Shown here in pieces: positions 1 through 10,297 of a DNA stretch of 64,000 bases (positions within the stretch are counted from its first letter, which is position 1; every line of letters starts with the position of its first letter). A program made the position numbers and the translations under genes. The notes beneath the pieces are model-generated. The model was not told the origin of the DNA and made no database searches. It saw nothing but the letters and a program-made list of their open reading frames with translations. This DNA comes from a virus, in the IMG/VR virus record IMGVR_UViG_3300032313_001465, positions 32,001 to 96,000 of that record; one strand, 5' to 3'.

Positions 1-279
1 TATTTCACTGAAAAAATATTAGATTGTTTTTTATTAAAAACTATTCCCATATATAATGGGTGTTCTAATATAGGTGATTTCTTTAATAAAGAAGGAATTA
101 TAGAATTTGGAAATGTGGATGATTTTATTTATATTAGTAATCAATTAACCGAAGAATTTTATATATCTAAAAAACATATTATAGAAGAAAACTACCAATT
201 AGCCCTTCAGTATGTTGATTATGAACAAAACATAATTAATAAAATAAAAGAAATATTTAACCTAAATCAATTAATATGA
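1..279 (+). CDS. GT10/alpha-1,3-fucosyltransferase-like glycosyltransferase, C-terminal part (5' truncated by window)
   Basis: Frame 1 reads YFTEKILDCFLLKTIPIYNGCSNI... to TGA at 277-279; YxTEK...PIYxG is the GT10 nucleotide-sugar motif. Not in ORF track. Confidence 0.65.
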   Translation, partial: YFTEKILDCFLLKTIPIYNGCSNIGDFFNKEGIIEFGNVDDFIYISNQLTEEFYISKKHIIEENYQLALQYVDYEQNIINKIKEIFNLNQLI

Positions 280-1418
280 AAAAAGTATGGTATGCCCCTT
301 ATAAATTTGAATCTTATGGAGAAGAAGAAATTAAAGCTGTAGAAGAATCTCTTCGTTCAGGATGGTTGGGGGGACAAGGTCCTAAATCTATTGAATTTGA
401 AGAAGAAATAGCTAAACGTTTTGGTAAAAAATATGGTGTATTTGTTAACTCAGGTTCATCTGCTAATTTATTAGCTTTAGCAGCTTTAAATTTACCAAAA
501 GGTAGTAAAATAATTACTCCAGCATGTACTTTTGCTACAACACTTGCCCCAATTATCCAACTAGGATATATTCCTATTTTTGTGGACGTGGTTTTAGACA
601 GTTATGTAGCAGATATTGATCAAATCATTAAAGCCATTACCCCAGAAATAAAAGCTATTATAATACCCAATTTAATAGGAAATAAAATTGATTGGAAAAA
701 ACTTAAAGATAATTTAAGATTATTAGGAAGAAAAGATATATACTTAATTGAAGATTCCGCAGATACTATTACATATACTTCTGAGAGTGATGTATCTACT
801 ACTAGTTTTTATGCTTCACATATTATAACGGCAGGTGGAGTAGGGGGAATGGTTATGTTTAATGATAAGAAACAAGTTGAATTGTGTCTACAATATAGAG
901 ATTGGGGTAGAATTGGTGGTGACTCTGAAGCTATGGAAGATCGTTTTAACCATAAAGTGGATGGTATTCCATATGATCATAAATTTTTATATGGTGTTTT
1001 AGGTTATCATATGAAAGCTTGTGAAATGAATGCTGCTTTTGGTTTAGTTCAATTAAATCGTTTTGAAAAATTTTCTCAAATAAGAAGACAAAATATTAAA
1101 CGTTATATAGAAAACTTACAAAATGTAGGAGATTTAATTCTTCCTGATGACTCTATTGAACCTAATTGGTTAGCAATTCCATTACAAACAGAAAATCGTT
1201 ATGAGTTGCTTAATTTTTTAGAAACAAATAATATCCAAACTCGCGTAACATTTGCTGGTAATGTAACTCGCCATCCTATTTACAGAGAATATCTACAACC
1301 ATTTGAAAACTCGGATGTTATTATGAAAAATGGGTTTTTATTAGGTGCCCACCATGGAATGAATATTGAAGACGTAGATTATGTTTGTAATAAAATTAAA
1401 GAATTTTTTAATAGATAA
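276..1418 (+). CDS. DegT/DnrJ/EryC1 family PLP enzyme, RfbH/ColD-like NDP-4-keto-6-deoxyhexose 3-dehydratase type
   Basis: NSGSSANLLAL, EDSAD, SFYASHIITAGGVGG with His at the position of the usual Schiff-base Lys. Confidence 0.8.
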   Translation: MKKVWYAPYKFESYGEEEIKAVEESLRSGWLGGQGPKSIEFEEEIAKRFGKKYGVFVNSGSSANLLALAALNLPKGSKIITPACTFATTLAPIIQLGYIPIFVDVVLDSYVADIDQIIKAITPEIKAIIIPNLIGNKIDWKKLKDNLRLLGRKDIYLIEDSADTITYTSESDVSTTSFYASHIITAGGVGGMVMFNDKKQVELCLQYRDWGRIGGDSEAMEDRFNHKVDGIPYDHKFLYGVLGYHMKACEMNAAFGLVQLNRFEKFSQIRRQNIKRYIENLQNVGDLILPDDSIEPNWLAIPLQTENRYELLNFLETNNIQTRVTFAGNVTRHPIYREYLQPFENSDVIMKNGFLLGAHHGMNIEDVDYVCNKIKEFFNR

Positions 1419-2029
1419 TGGATTTAAAAAAACGAATAGTCGAAATTGCTTTTAAACACAAATTAGGTCATTTAGGAAGCTATCTTTCTAGTGTTGAAAT
1501 AATAAATGAAATATATTCTAAAATGGATAAAGATGATATATTCATCTTATCCTCAGGGCATGCTTCATTAGCGATGTATGTTTGTATAGAAAAATATTTT
1601 GGTATTAATGCAGAAATGTTATTTTTAAAACATGGGGGCCATCCCCACAGAGATGAAGAAAATAAGATTCACTGTTCAACAGGTAGTTTAGGTTTAGGTT
1701 TACCAATTGCATTAGGTAGAGCTTTATCTAATCGTACTAGAAAAGTATGGGTACTAATTAGCGATGGTGAAGCAGCTGAAGGTAGTATATGGGAATCACT
1801 CAAAACTATACAAGAGTTGGAAATTGATAATATTGAAGTGTTTGTAAATATAAATGGAGTTTGTGCCTACAAGGAAGTAAACCCAGAGTATATGACGGCA
1901 AGGCTTAAAGCATTTTTATCAAGAATACAGTTAAGATATACTACAGTCGAGCAATATCCTTTTTTAAAAGGACTTAATGCTCATTATCACATTATGGATG
2001 ATCACGATTATAAATCAACACTATTATGA
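1418..2029 (+). CDS. Transketolase-like TPP enzyme, N-terminal subunit
   Basis: GHLGSYLS, LSSGHA, STGSLGLG, SDGEAAEGSIWE TPP-binding motif. Confidence 0.85.
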   Translation: MDLKKRIVEIAFKHKLGHLGSYLSSVEIINEIYSKMDKDDIFILSSGHASLAMYVCIEKYFGINAEMLFLKHGGHPHRDEENKIHCSTGSLGLGLPIALGRALSNRTRKVWVLISDGEAAEGSIWESLKTIQELEIDNIEVFVNINGVCAYKEVNPEYMTARLKAFLSRIQLRYTTVEQYPFLKGLNAHYHIMDDHDYKSTLL

Positions 2030-2502
2030 GAAAAGCATTTGCACAACTTTTGCACGCTGAAATGGCTACCAATCCAGATATTTATCTAATTACAGGTGAT
2101 TTAGGATATGGATTATGGGATAAGGTTAGAGACGATTACCCAGATAGATTTTATAATGTAGGCTCTTCTGAGATGGTTATGATGGGAGCAGCTATTGGAT
2201 TAGCTATGGATAAAAAGATACCTTATGTTTATTCCATTACACCATTTGCAATTTACAGACCTTTTGAAATGATACGTAACTATCTTGATCATGAAAAGAT
2301 ACCAGTAAACATCATAGGTGGAGGAAGAGATAAAGAATATGGTTATTTAGGGTTTTCACACTGGTCTCACGATGATAAAAAGATAATGAGTGTATTTGAT
2401 AATATTAAGTCTTTTTGGCCTGAAAATGAGGAAGAAATGGCTATTACGTTTAATCAAACGTTGACAAAAAAAGTCCCAACTTACATAAATTTAAAACGAT
2501 GA
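2026..2502 (+). CDS. Transketolase-like enzyme, pyrimidine-binding subunit
   Basis: GDLG, RFYNVGSSE, GAAIGLA, RPFEMIRN, GFSH. Confidence 0.85.
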   Translation: MRKAFAQLLHAEMATNPDIYLITGDLGYGLWDKVRDDYPDRFYNVGSSEMVMMGAAIGLAMDKKIPYVYSITPFAIYRPFEMIRNYLDHEKIPVNIIGGGRDKEYGYLGFSHWSHDDKKIMSVFDNIKSFWPENEEEMAITFNQTLTKKVPTYINLKR

Positions 2503-3278
2503 AAATATTAATAACAGGAGGTAACGGATACATTGCTAAGAGCTTAAACAAAGCTTTTAAGGATGCTTATGATGTTACTCTAATCACACGACAAGACTTT
2601 GATCTACTAGATAGTAGGGCTGTAAACTTCTGGTTTAAGGATAAATATTTTGATGTTGTGATACACACCGCTGTAGCTGGTGGTAGCAGGTTAAAACCTG
2701 ATATCGCTGAAGTATTAGATATAAACCTGATAATGTATTATAATTTAATTAGCAATCGTGATAGGTTTGATAAATTTATACATTTTGGATCGGGTGCTGA
2801 GCTATTAATGAAAGATACACCTTATGGTTTAAGTAAGCATATTATTCGAGAGTCTTTATTGATTAAAGCGAATTGCTATAACATTAGAATATATGGAGTA
2901 TTTGATGAAAACGAATTAGATACAAGATTTGTTAAATCAAATATAAAACGGTATATTAATAAAGGGCCAATGCTAGTACAAGATAAAAAAATGTCTTTTT
3001 TCTATATGGAGGATTTAGTTATGCTGGTCAAACATCACATAGATACAGATGCATCAAAATTAATGCAAGAATGTAGTTGTGCATATATACAAGAGACATC
3101 TTTATTGGATATCGCTAACATAATTAATCAATTGAGTGATTACAGAATACCAATTTACATGGATACACAACCTAGCATGGACTATCAATCAGAACTTAAT
3201 GCACCGTATGGATTAAAGTATATTGGGCTAAGACAAGGAATAATAAACACTTATAATAAATTAAAAAATGAATATTAA
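2499..3278 (+). CDS. NAD-dependent epimerase/dehydratase/reductase (SDR)
   Basis: ITGGNGYIA Rossmann motif, YGLSK catalytic YxxxK. Confidence 0.85.
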   Translation: MKILITGGNGYIAKSLNKAFKDAYDVTLITRQDFDLLDSRAVNFWFKDKYFDVVIHTAVAGGSRLKPDIAEVLDINLIMYYNLISNRDRFDKFIHFGSGAELLMKDTPYGLSKHIIRESLLIKANCYNIRIYGVFDENELDTRFVKSNIKRYINKGPMLVQDKKMSFFYMEDLVMLVKHHIDTDASKLMQECSCAYIQETSLLDIANIINQLSDYRIPIYMDTQPSMDYQSELNAPYGLKYIGLRQGIINTYNKLKNEY

Positions 3279-4209
3279 AATAATGCTCCACATAATGCCG
3301 TGGGATATAGATTATGCATTGTTAATTTTTGATAAGTTGAAGCAGTCCTCTTATTTTATAAATAGTGATGATAAAATTTATATTGATTCTTTTTTAAATT
3401 TATCGCATGATATAATTGATTGGGATAATTCTACATTTCCAAAAGAATATTTTATAAAAAAATATCAAGTATTAGATGACTTAATAAAAAATGTTTTTAT
3501 TCATAAACCATTTATATATGATAAAGAGGGGATTTATGGTCATTTAGATTCCCAAAAAACAATAATTGAATCACATATTGATTACTATATAGGGTTATGT
3601 CCCGATGTTGATTTTCAAGAACATCTTCTTTATTACTTAATAGAATCGGCTAAACAAATAAAAAATGAATATTTTGTTTTAACACCACAAATTTTTAAAT
3701 GTTGGGATTCAAGTTGGGATATTTTAGTAAATTCAAAATTCCAACAAATTCCATATAGTCAATGTTACAATATTGATATCCATAAAATACGACATGATTG
3801 TTTAGAATTAGATACTCCTATATTAAAAAAATCTCCTGTTTTTAAATTTGCCGGTTGGCTAGATTTATACAATAAGAACTTTTATGAGAAATTAATTCCT
3901 ACCTTAGATGAATGGAAAGGTTACGGTCCTTGGGATCTATACGCTATGAATGTGTGTGAGATAGCTAAATCTAAAGGGGTAGATGTAGAACAATACATTT
4001 TGGAAAATCAAGTAATATGGTTTAAAGATGTGGGTTGTTGGCAAAATAAAGAAGAACATGCAGGTCATGGGAAAATAAGATTAATTTATAAAGATTTTTT
4101 ATCAATAATAATTGGAAGACAAGAACAGAGATCATATATTGATACAAATATGGTTCAATATTTAAATCAATGGGTAGAATATGCTAAAAATAATAATATA
4201 ATTAAATAA
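3268..4209 (+). CDS. Putative GT-A fold glycosyltransferase-like protein
   Basis: PDVD (DxD), GYGPWD motif, cluster context. Confidence 0.45.
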   Translation: MNIKIMLHIMPWDIDYALLIFDKLKQSSYFINSDDKIYIDSFLNLSHDIIDWDNSTFPKEYFIKKYQVLDDLIKNVFIHKPFIYDKEGIYGHLDSQKTIIESHIDYYIGLCPDVDFQEHLLYYLIESAKQIKNEYFVLTPQIFKCWDSSWDILVNSKFQQIPYSQCYNIDIHKIRHDCLELDTPILKKSPVFKFAGWLDLYNKNFYEKLIPTLDEWKGYGPWDLYAMNVCEIAKSKGVDVEQYILENQVIWFKDVGCWQNKEEHAGHGKIRLIYKDFLSIIIGRQEQRSYIDTNMVQYLNQWVEYAKNNNIIK

Positions 4210-4212
4210 AAT

Positions 4213-4908
4213 ATGAAAACAATTACAACTTATGAAGATCTAGTCCAAGATCTTATTGATAATAAAATTACTATGGTTCGACCAGATGAATTTAAAACTA
4301 TACTTAAGCACTATCCTAAAATATCTGAGGTAGAAGGAGATATAGTAGAATGTGGGGTCTGGAGAGGTGGATTTTCAATATTTCTAAGTTACATATTTCA
4401 AGATAAAAATATCTGGGTATGTGACTCATATGAAGGATTTCAACCTTTAGAAACTGCTAAACATAAATATGATAAAGAAAGACATATTCCCCAATATACA
4501 CATAATGCTATAGGCCCATTAGGTATTAGTTTAGAAGAAGTTCAATCCCATTTTAGAAATTATGGTTTAGGAGATCAAGATCGAATTAAATTTTTAAAAG
4601 GATTTGTTAAAGATACCCTACCAACATCAGGAATTGAGAAAATAGCTTTATTAAGGATAGATGTGGACGCATATTCAGCTACATTAGAAACTTTAGAAGA
4701 ACTATATGATAAAGTTCAACCTAGGGGATATATTATTTTTGATGATTCATGTTTATATGAAACTCTAGATGCTATAAAAGTATTTTTTAAACAAAGAAAT
4801 TTACCTGAATTTATAAACCACCCAGTAACTGGTCAACCTTTAAATATTAATGAAAAACACACTGATGATAATTCAGGGTTACCAGCAGGATGTTATATTA
4901 TAAAATAA
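4213..4908 (+). CDS. TylF/MycF (macrocin) family sugar O-methyltransferase
   Basis: GDIVECGVWRGG, DSYEG, KGFVKDTL, LRIDVDAY, GYIIFDD. Confidence 0.9.
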   Translation: MKTITTYEDLVQDLIDNKITMVRPDEFKTILKHYPKISEVEGDIVECGVWRGGFSIFLSYIFQDKNIWVCDSYEGFQPLETAKHKYDKERHIPQYTHNAIGPLGISLEEVQSHFRNYGLGDQDRIKFLKGFVKDTLPTSGIEKIALLRIDVDAYSATLETLEELYDKVQPRGYIIFDDSCLYETLDAIKVFFKQRNLPEFINHPVTGQPLNINEKHTDDNSGLPAGCYIIK

Positions 4909-4915
4909 ATAAGAT

Positions 4916-5623
4916 ATGAAAAAAACACTAACACAAATCGCAAATTCAATTGGAATTGATAAAGGAACAATTACAAATTCATGCCATGGATTTACAAAAA
5001 TGTATGATGATATATTAACTCCTTTAAGAGAAAAATCTATTATTATGTTAGAAATAGGAGTATCTGGGGGCGGTTCTCTTAAAATGTGGGAAGAATATTT
5101 TTCGGATGCTATAATTATTGCTCTAGACATTGTTAATGAGACTCATTTATCAAATGATAAAACTTTTGTTTACCAATTAGATCAATCTGATGAAACTCAA
5201 TTACAAAATTTTGTAAATCAATGTAAAGAAAACGGATACGAATTTGATTTTATTATTGATGATGGAAGTCACCATATGCAAGATCAACAATTAACATTAG
5301 CTTATCTCTTTCCATTATTAAAGTCTCAAGGAATATATGTTATAGAAGATCTCCATACATCTTTACTTCCTAATGGTTATCCATTATACGGAAAACTTAC
5401 AGAAATCTTCCCGGATAGATATAATACTACATTAAATTATCTTTCTCATGGTGTAGATAGTATTTATATTACTGCAGAACAAAATATATATTTAAATAAA
5501 AATATTGATTCTATTAATATACATAATATATTTAATCCTATTATAGATACATGGCATGAATCTTTAGGTGTAGGAAAACCATATATGGGAAGAAGCATAA
5601 CATCATTTATAATTAAAAAATAA
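4916..5623 (+). CDS. Class I SAM methyltransferase (MycE/demethylmacrocin-like)
   Basis: DKG...H.F...Y, LEIGVSGGGSLKMW, FDFIIDDGSH, GIYVIEDL. Confidence 0.85.
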   Translation: MKKTLTQIANSIGIDKGTITNSCHGFTKMYDDILTPLREKSIIMLEIGVSGGGSLKMWEEYFSDAIIIALDIVNETHLSNDKTFVYQLDQSDETQLQNFVNQCKENGYEFDFIIDDGSHHMQDQQLTLAYLFPLLKSQGIYVIEDLHTSLLPNGYPLYGKLTEIFPDRYNTTLNYLSHGVDSIYITAEQNIYLNKNIDSINIHNIFNPIIDTWHESLGVGKPYMGRSITSFIIKK

Positions 5624-5627
5624 GAAT

Positions 5628-6209
5628 ATGAAGATAATTCAAATAGGAGCTAATAATGGAAAAGATAGTGTTTTTGACTTTATTAAAGAAAATCAAAAAT
5701 TTTTAGAGTTAGCTATACTAGTAGAACCTATACCTTTTATTATTGATGAATTAAAATCTCAATATGAAGGTATAAATAATGTTGTAGTAGAAAATATAGC
5801 TATAACTGACGAAGAAAATTCTGAAAAAATGACTCTATATTATTTAGGAGATAGTAATTATGAGGTAAGTTCCTTTAGTAAGGATCATGTCATAACCCAT
5901 AAACCTCCAGGTTCATCATTTTCATTAGAATCATTAGAAGTTTCTTGTTTAACTATTAATAAGATTATGACTAAATATAATTTAGAAGTAATAGACTATC
6001 TATTTATAGATACAGAAGGATTAGATGTTCATATAATAGCTAGTATTGATTTTACAAAATATAAAATTAAAAATATCATATTTGAAGCTGTTCATACTGA
6101 TGGTGCATTTCATAAAGGGGAAAATTTTAATAAGATATGTAATTATCTAAATCAATTAGAATATAGTCTATCAAATATAGATCAATTAAATATAAAAGCT
6201 AGTCTATGA
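5628..6209 (+). CDS. FkbM family methyltransferase
   Basis: QIGANNG, VEP, IDTEGLD. Confidence 0.85.
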   Translation: MKIIQIGANNGKDSVFDFIKENQKFLELAILVEPIPFIIDELKSQYEGINNVVVENIAITDEENSEKMTLYYLGDSNYEVSSFSKDHVITHKPPGSSFSLESLEVSCLTINKIMTKYNLEVIDYLFIDTEGLDVHIIASIDFTKYKIKNIIFEAVHTDGAFHKGENFNKICNYLNQLEYSLSNIDQLNIKASL

Positions 6210-6934
6210 AAATAATATATAGAATATCAGATTCTGGTTATAACAAAGTAAAACCAGACTATATTACAAACGAAAACTGTCTTAAAAATTTTGTTTACGT
6301 ATTTGGTAATCAAAATCTTGAGATTATAGCAGATAATTGTAGCAAAGAAACACTACAAATGATTACTAAATATGTTTATCCTAACAAAATATCCTCAGTA
6401 TCAGTGGGTCATGGAGCTGGGACATTTAATTTAGCCCTAGATATGGCTTTAAAATGGGATGATGATGAAATAGTTTATTTTGTAGAAAATGATTATTTAC
6501 ATTTACAAAATTCTCCTCAAATACTAGAAGAAGGGTTTAAATTAGGAGCTCCATATGTAACTTTATATCTTCATCCTGATAAATTTATCTCACCCACAAG
6601 TGGTGGGAATCCTGAGGTTGGTGATGATGGTGGGTACTTAACTAGAATTTATAGAGGTGAAACTCAATTATTTGGGATGTTTAATAGTACAACTATGACT
6701 TTTGCTGCTAAAGTAAAAACATTAAAAGAAGATGAGGAAATATTAAGAAAATGGACAAATGGAACTCACCCTGATGATTTTAGAATGTTTCTTGAATTAA
6801 GAGATAAAGGAAATGCATTATTATGTCCCTTAAACACATTCAGCACACATGGTGAAACAAATTGGTTGGCCCCTTTATATAAAATAAAACAAGAAAATCT
6901 AGTTGAAGAATGGAAAAAACACTTATTTCAGTAA
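6206..6934 (+). CDS. Putative glycosyltransferase (GT-A)
   Basis: ADN, YFVENDYLH, STTMTFA, STH motifs; cluster context. Confidence 0.6.
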   Translation: MKIIYRISDSGYNKVKPDYITNENCLKNFVYVFGNQNLEIIADNCSKETLQMITKYVYPNKISSVSVGHGAGTFNLALDMALKWDDDEIVYFVENDYLHLQNSPQILEEGFKLGAPYVTLYLHPDKFISPTSGGNPEVGDDGGYLTRIYRGETQLFGMFNSTTMTFAAKVKTLKEDEEILRKWTNGTHPDDFRMFLELRDKGNALLCPLNTFSTHGETNWLAPLYKIKQENLVEEWKKHLFQ

Positions 6935-7674
6935 TTATCCCAACTTACAAATCCCCAGAAATGTTAGATTTATGTCTACGTTCTGCTATTGAGGGCCAAC
7001 AAAATAAAAATCAAATTATAGTTGTTGTAGATGGATTTTATGAATTAAATAAAGAGGTACTTGAAAAATGGTCTGAACATATTGATATTTTAAATCTAGA
7101 ACAAAATGTAGGTTTATGTAGAGGTACTAATTTAGGAGTATATAATGCTAAACACGATAAAGTACTTATTGTGAATGATGACAATGTATTTCCATATGGA
7201 TGGGACAAAGAATTATTGAAAGACTATATCCCAAATTCCGTAATATCCCCAAATCAAATTGAACCCACACCTAGTATGTTTAATCAATTTTATATTAGAG
7301 ATTGTGGGCGTGATCCTAAAACATTTAGTTTAGAAAATTATTGGAAATACGAAGAACCACTACGTGGATTTTTTCCTGATGAAAGTGGTTCTACACTACC
7401 TATTTTCATGTCTAAAATAGATTATTTAAAAGTAGGTGGTTGGGATGAAAACTATGAACAAGGGATGGTAGCAGACTGGGATTTCTTTTTAAAATGTCAA
7501 CTCTCAGGTCTTAAAATGCTTAGAACATATAATTGTCATTTTTACCATTTTGCTTCAGTTTCAGTTAATGGAGAAAAAAGAAGACAAGCTGAAATTCAAG
7601 GTCACGAATATGCTAAATATAAATGGGGGAATTATATAAAACATAACCCAAATACTAACCTTAAATATTTATAA
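6910..7674 (+). CDS. GT2 family glycosyltransferase
   Basis: SVIIPTY, VVVDG, NDD, GGWDE, DWDF. Confidence 0.9.
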   Translation: MEKTLISVIIPTYKSPEMLDLCLRSAIEGQQNKNQIIVVVDGFYELNKEVLEKWSEHIDILNLEQNVGLCRGTNLGVYNAKHDKVLIVNDDNVFPYGWDKELLKDYIPNSVISPNQIEPTPSMFNQFYIRDCGRDPKTFSLENYWKYEEPLRGFFPDESGSTLPIFMSKIDYLKVGGWDENYEQGMVADWDFFLKCQLSGLKMLRTYNCHFYHFASVSVNGEKRRQAEIQGHEYAKYKWGNYIKHNPNTNLKYL

Positions 7675-7686
7675 TAAACTAATATT

Positions 7687-7998
7687 ATGGAAGAGGTAAA
7701 AGTAAGAAAACCAAAGGAGTTAGTTATTAATTATAATAATGAGACTGATTTGAATGAACTATGCACTTCAGATGTATTTTCAGATTTCATATTAAGTGAA
7801 ACCTTAGAAGCAATAGAAGAAGCTATTGAAACTAACAAAACCGAAGCACATATAATTAATATATCCAACTATAGATTTAAAATTACTATTAATAGAGAAC
7901 AATTTGAATCAGCTATCAATAGTGTTTTGAAAAAATATGAGAAAGAGGAAAATTATGATAAGTGTATTTATTTAACTCAATTAATAAAAAAGATATGA
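7687..7998 (+). CDS. Hypothetical protein with C-terminal UVR-like ExYxxC motif
   Basis: EKEENYDKC; ATATTTAT motif upstream. Confidence 0.6.
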   Translation: MEEVKVRKPKELVINYNNETDLNELCTSDVFSDFILSETLEAIEEAIETNKTEAHIINISNYRFKITINREQFESAINSVLKKYEKEENYDKCIYLTQLIKKI

Positions 7999-8159
7999 AC
8001 GAAGAATACGGGTTTTTTTCCAAGAGTGATGATAAACAAGAGATTATTTATAAAGCAAAAAGTATAAGTAAAAGAGATGCTATTGAATTATTTGCTCGAA
8101 TAAAAAATTTAACTATCGATATTTTTAAATCATTATATTCTGTAATTAAAATACGATAA
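7995..8159 (+). CDS. Hypothetical protein
   Basis: ATG at 7995 overlapping previous stop. Confidence 0.5.
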   Translation: MNEEYGFFSKSDDKQEIIYKAKSISKRDAIELFARIKNLTIDIFKSLYSVIKIR

Positions 8160-8638
8160 TGGACCCAAAGAAAAATATTCAAGAATTACTCCAACAAATT
8201 ATTGGAGCTAAGATTACTTTAGAAGAACACACTATAGATAGTGATAAAGAAATATTTTGTAATATTTTAGAATCATGGGTCGCATCTTGGGAAAAACAAC
8301 AATATATCTATGAACTATATCAAATCGATCTTCAAGGTTATGATGAAAGTTTATATGAAATAATTGATGCTTTTGTTATGTTGTATTTTAAAAACTCTAG
8401 ACTGTCTGATTTAATATTATGGTATGTTTATGAGAGGAAAAATATATTTGGTGGAGAAGAAGAATATGCTAAATTATACAATTCAAAAAGCGATAAAGAA
8501 ATAGACATCACCACTCCCGAGAAATTCTGGGATCTAATCCAGGAAATTATAAATAATACTGTTAAAGTAGATGACCTGGAAGTTATTGGGTTAGAAGAGG
8601 AAGATGAAGATGATGAGGATGATGAAGAGGAAGAATAA
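8159..8638 (+). CDS. Hypothetical acidic protein with poly-D/E tail
   Basis: Ends EEEDEDDEDDEEEE. Confidence 0.7.
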   Translation: MDPKKNIQELLQQIIGAKITLEEHTIDSDKEIFCNILESWVASWEKQQYIYELYQIDLQGYDESLYEIIDAFVMLYFKNSRLSDLILWYVYERKNIFGGEEEYAKLYNSKSDKEIDITTPEKFWDLIQEIINNTVKVDDLEVIGLEEEDEDDEDDEEEE

Positions 8639-9291
8639 TGAGAGTAAAACATATAACTAAAGAGGATTGCTTACGAGCAATGAGACATACTAAATCAAAT
8701 AGAGCGGCTGCTCGGTATTTAGGAGTATCATATCAACACTATAGAAAATTTGCTTTATTATATAAAAATGAAGAAGGCAAATCCCTTCTAGATGTACATT
8801 CTAACCCGTCAGGTAAAGGTATAAGAAAATTTGTTACGGATCCTAATAAACACCCCCATTCCAAACAAGAGATAGCAATGGTTGACTTGATGGAAGGAAG
8901 AATAGATCCATCCCACTATACTGCTAAAAGAATAAAAACTAGACTAATTAATGATGGTATTCTAAAAGATGAATGCTATAGGTGTGGCTTTCATGAATAC
9001 CGAGTAGTAGATTACAAAATACCATTAGTATTACATTTTAAAGACAAAAATAAACGAAATTTCGGAGTAGATAACTTGGAACTGTTGTGTTATAATTGTT
9101 ATTTTCTTTATGTTACTGATTTATTCAATACCAAAGACCTATCAGCATTAGAAGATAATTTAGATGTAACATTCAAAACCTCGGAACATGTTGAATTAGA
9201 ATTAGATGAATATAACTTACAGAAGTTAAGAGAATTAGGATTAATGGATGATAAACCTGAAGATGGTTCTGAATTTATTTCTAGAACATAA
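8638..9291 (+). CDS. HTH plus HNH-like zinc-finger protein
   Basis: SNRAAARYLGVS HTH; CYRC...LHFKDKNKRN..DNLELLCYNC. Confidence 0.65.
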   Translation: MRVKHITKEDCLRAMRHTKSNRAAARYLGVSYQHYRKFALLYKNEEGKSLLDVHSNPSGKGIRKFVTDPNKHPHSKQEIAMVDLMEGRIDPSHYTAKRIKTRLINDGILKDECYRCGFHEYRVVDYKIPLVLHFKDKNKRNFGVDNLELLCYNCYFLYVTDLFNTKDLSALEDNLDVTFKTSEHVELELDEYNLQKLRELGLMDDKPEDGSEFISRT

Positions 9292-9308
9292 TATTTATTG
9301 TAAAATAG

Positions 9309-9467
9309 ATGGCTAAGCATAAAAAACATGACAAAATCGTCTCCGACTATTCAGCCCAAAAACAAAAACACTTAGAAAAACTAGCAACTCAACTTTTAAA
9401 ACAAGATGAAACAAATCAGAAATTAAAAGAGAAACAAATTAATCCTAACTTCCTAAATTTATTTTAA
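9309..9467 (+). CDS. Small basic hypothetical protein (52 aa)
   Basis: MAKHKKHDKIV...FLNLF*, preceded by ATATTTAT, stop overlaps next ATG; not in ORF track. Confidence 0.6.
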   Translation: MAKHKKHDKIVSDYSAQKQKHLEKLATQLLKQDETNQKLKEKQINPNFLNLF

Positions 9468-9772
9468 TGAGTGTTTATAAAATTAAAGTCAATACTTTAG
9501 AGGAATGGGAGAACATAGTGAAAGATCAAAATTATGATGTATCAAAAGCTGTTGTTAATAAAATATTAGAAAATCTCCACACTAAAAAACGATTTATCCC
9601 AATATTAGAAATTGAAATAAATGATAATGGGGAAATTTATGATATTACTCTAGACAGAAAAAATATGTTAAATACTCTTCAAGTAAATTTAAAAATATTT
9701 GAAAAATATGAAGATTATGAAGGATGTGATAGCATTATAAAAGCTATTAATACCATATCATCTAAACGTTAG
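9467..9772 (+). CDS. Hypothetical protein with UVR-like C-terminus
   Basis: EKYEDYEGC; resembles 7687 ORF. Confidence 0.6.
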   Translation: MSVYKIKVNTLEEWENIVKDQNYDVSKAVVNKILENLHTKKRFIPILEIEINDNGEIYDITLDRKNMLNTLQVNLKIFEKYEDYEGCDSIIKAINTISSKR

Positions 9773-9778
9773 TGCAAG

Positions 9779-9844
9779 GCGTCATGTAAGCGTCATACGA
9801 AATGGTTGGCAAATCGAAACCCCATTCGTATATTGATTGCACAA
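9779..9844 (+). promoter_or_regulatory. 66-bp early promoter element, copy 1
   Basis: GCGTCAT-N4-GCGTCAT-N9-TTGGC-N15-TCGTATATTGA. Confidence 0.85.
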
Positions 9845-9858
9845 GAAAAATAAAGGTT

Positions 9859-9966
9859 ATGAAAAATACATTAAAAATTATCGTAGGTTCGTTATTAGTA
9901 ATGTCAATAATCGGTGGTTCAATCGCCGCATTATGGATAATCGCAATATTGCAAGGTAATATATAA
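9859..9966 (+). CDS. 35-aa membrane peptide
   Basis: MKNTLKIIVGSLLVMSIIGGSIAALWIIAILQGNI*, directly behind promoter copy 1; resembles the 25915 ORF. Confidence 0.65.
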   Translation: MKNTLKIIVGSLLVMSIIGGSIAALWIIAILQGNI

Positions 9967-9967
9967 G

Positions 9968-10033
9968 ACGTCATACCTACGTCATACGAGAAGGTTGGCA
10001 AATCGAAACACCGTTCGTATATTGACGTATAAT
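9968..10033 (+). promoter_or_regulatory. 66-bp early promoter element, copy 2
   Basis: ACGTCAT-N4-ACGTCAT...TTGGC...TCGTATATTGACGTATAAT. Confidence 0.85.
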
Positions 10034-10052
10034 AAAAATTAAAATAAAAAAT

Positions 10053-10292
10053 ATGAAATTTACATTTAAAACAAAAGCGAGCTACAACGCAGCATGTAGA
10101 ACTGGTAGAATTGACCATTATGATATGGTAAGAATTGTTAGAAAATTGAAAAACGGAGATGAGTGGGATATTCCAACTCATAGTGAAGAAGAATTCAATG
10201 AATTAATGGACAAATGGAAAAAAGATCCAAATGTGGTTGAGATAACTCACTATCCAGATGTATCATTTTATGACTTAGAAGAGTACTTGTAG
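10053..10292 (+). CDS. Hypothetical protein
   Basis: ORF behind promoter copy 2. Confidence 0.65.
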   Translation: MKFTFKTKASYNAACRTGRIDHYDMVRIVRKLKNGDEWDIPTHSEEEFNELMDKWKKDPNVVEITHYPDVSFYDLEEYL

Positions 10293-10297
10293 GGAAG

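Noticed and set aside
10022-10033. TTGACG...TATAAT as an E. coli sigma70 promoter
   Set aside because: The two hexamers are adjacent rather than 17 bp apart; the Bacteroidota -33/-7 spacing fits instead.
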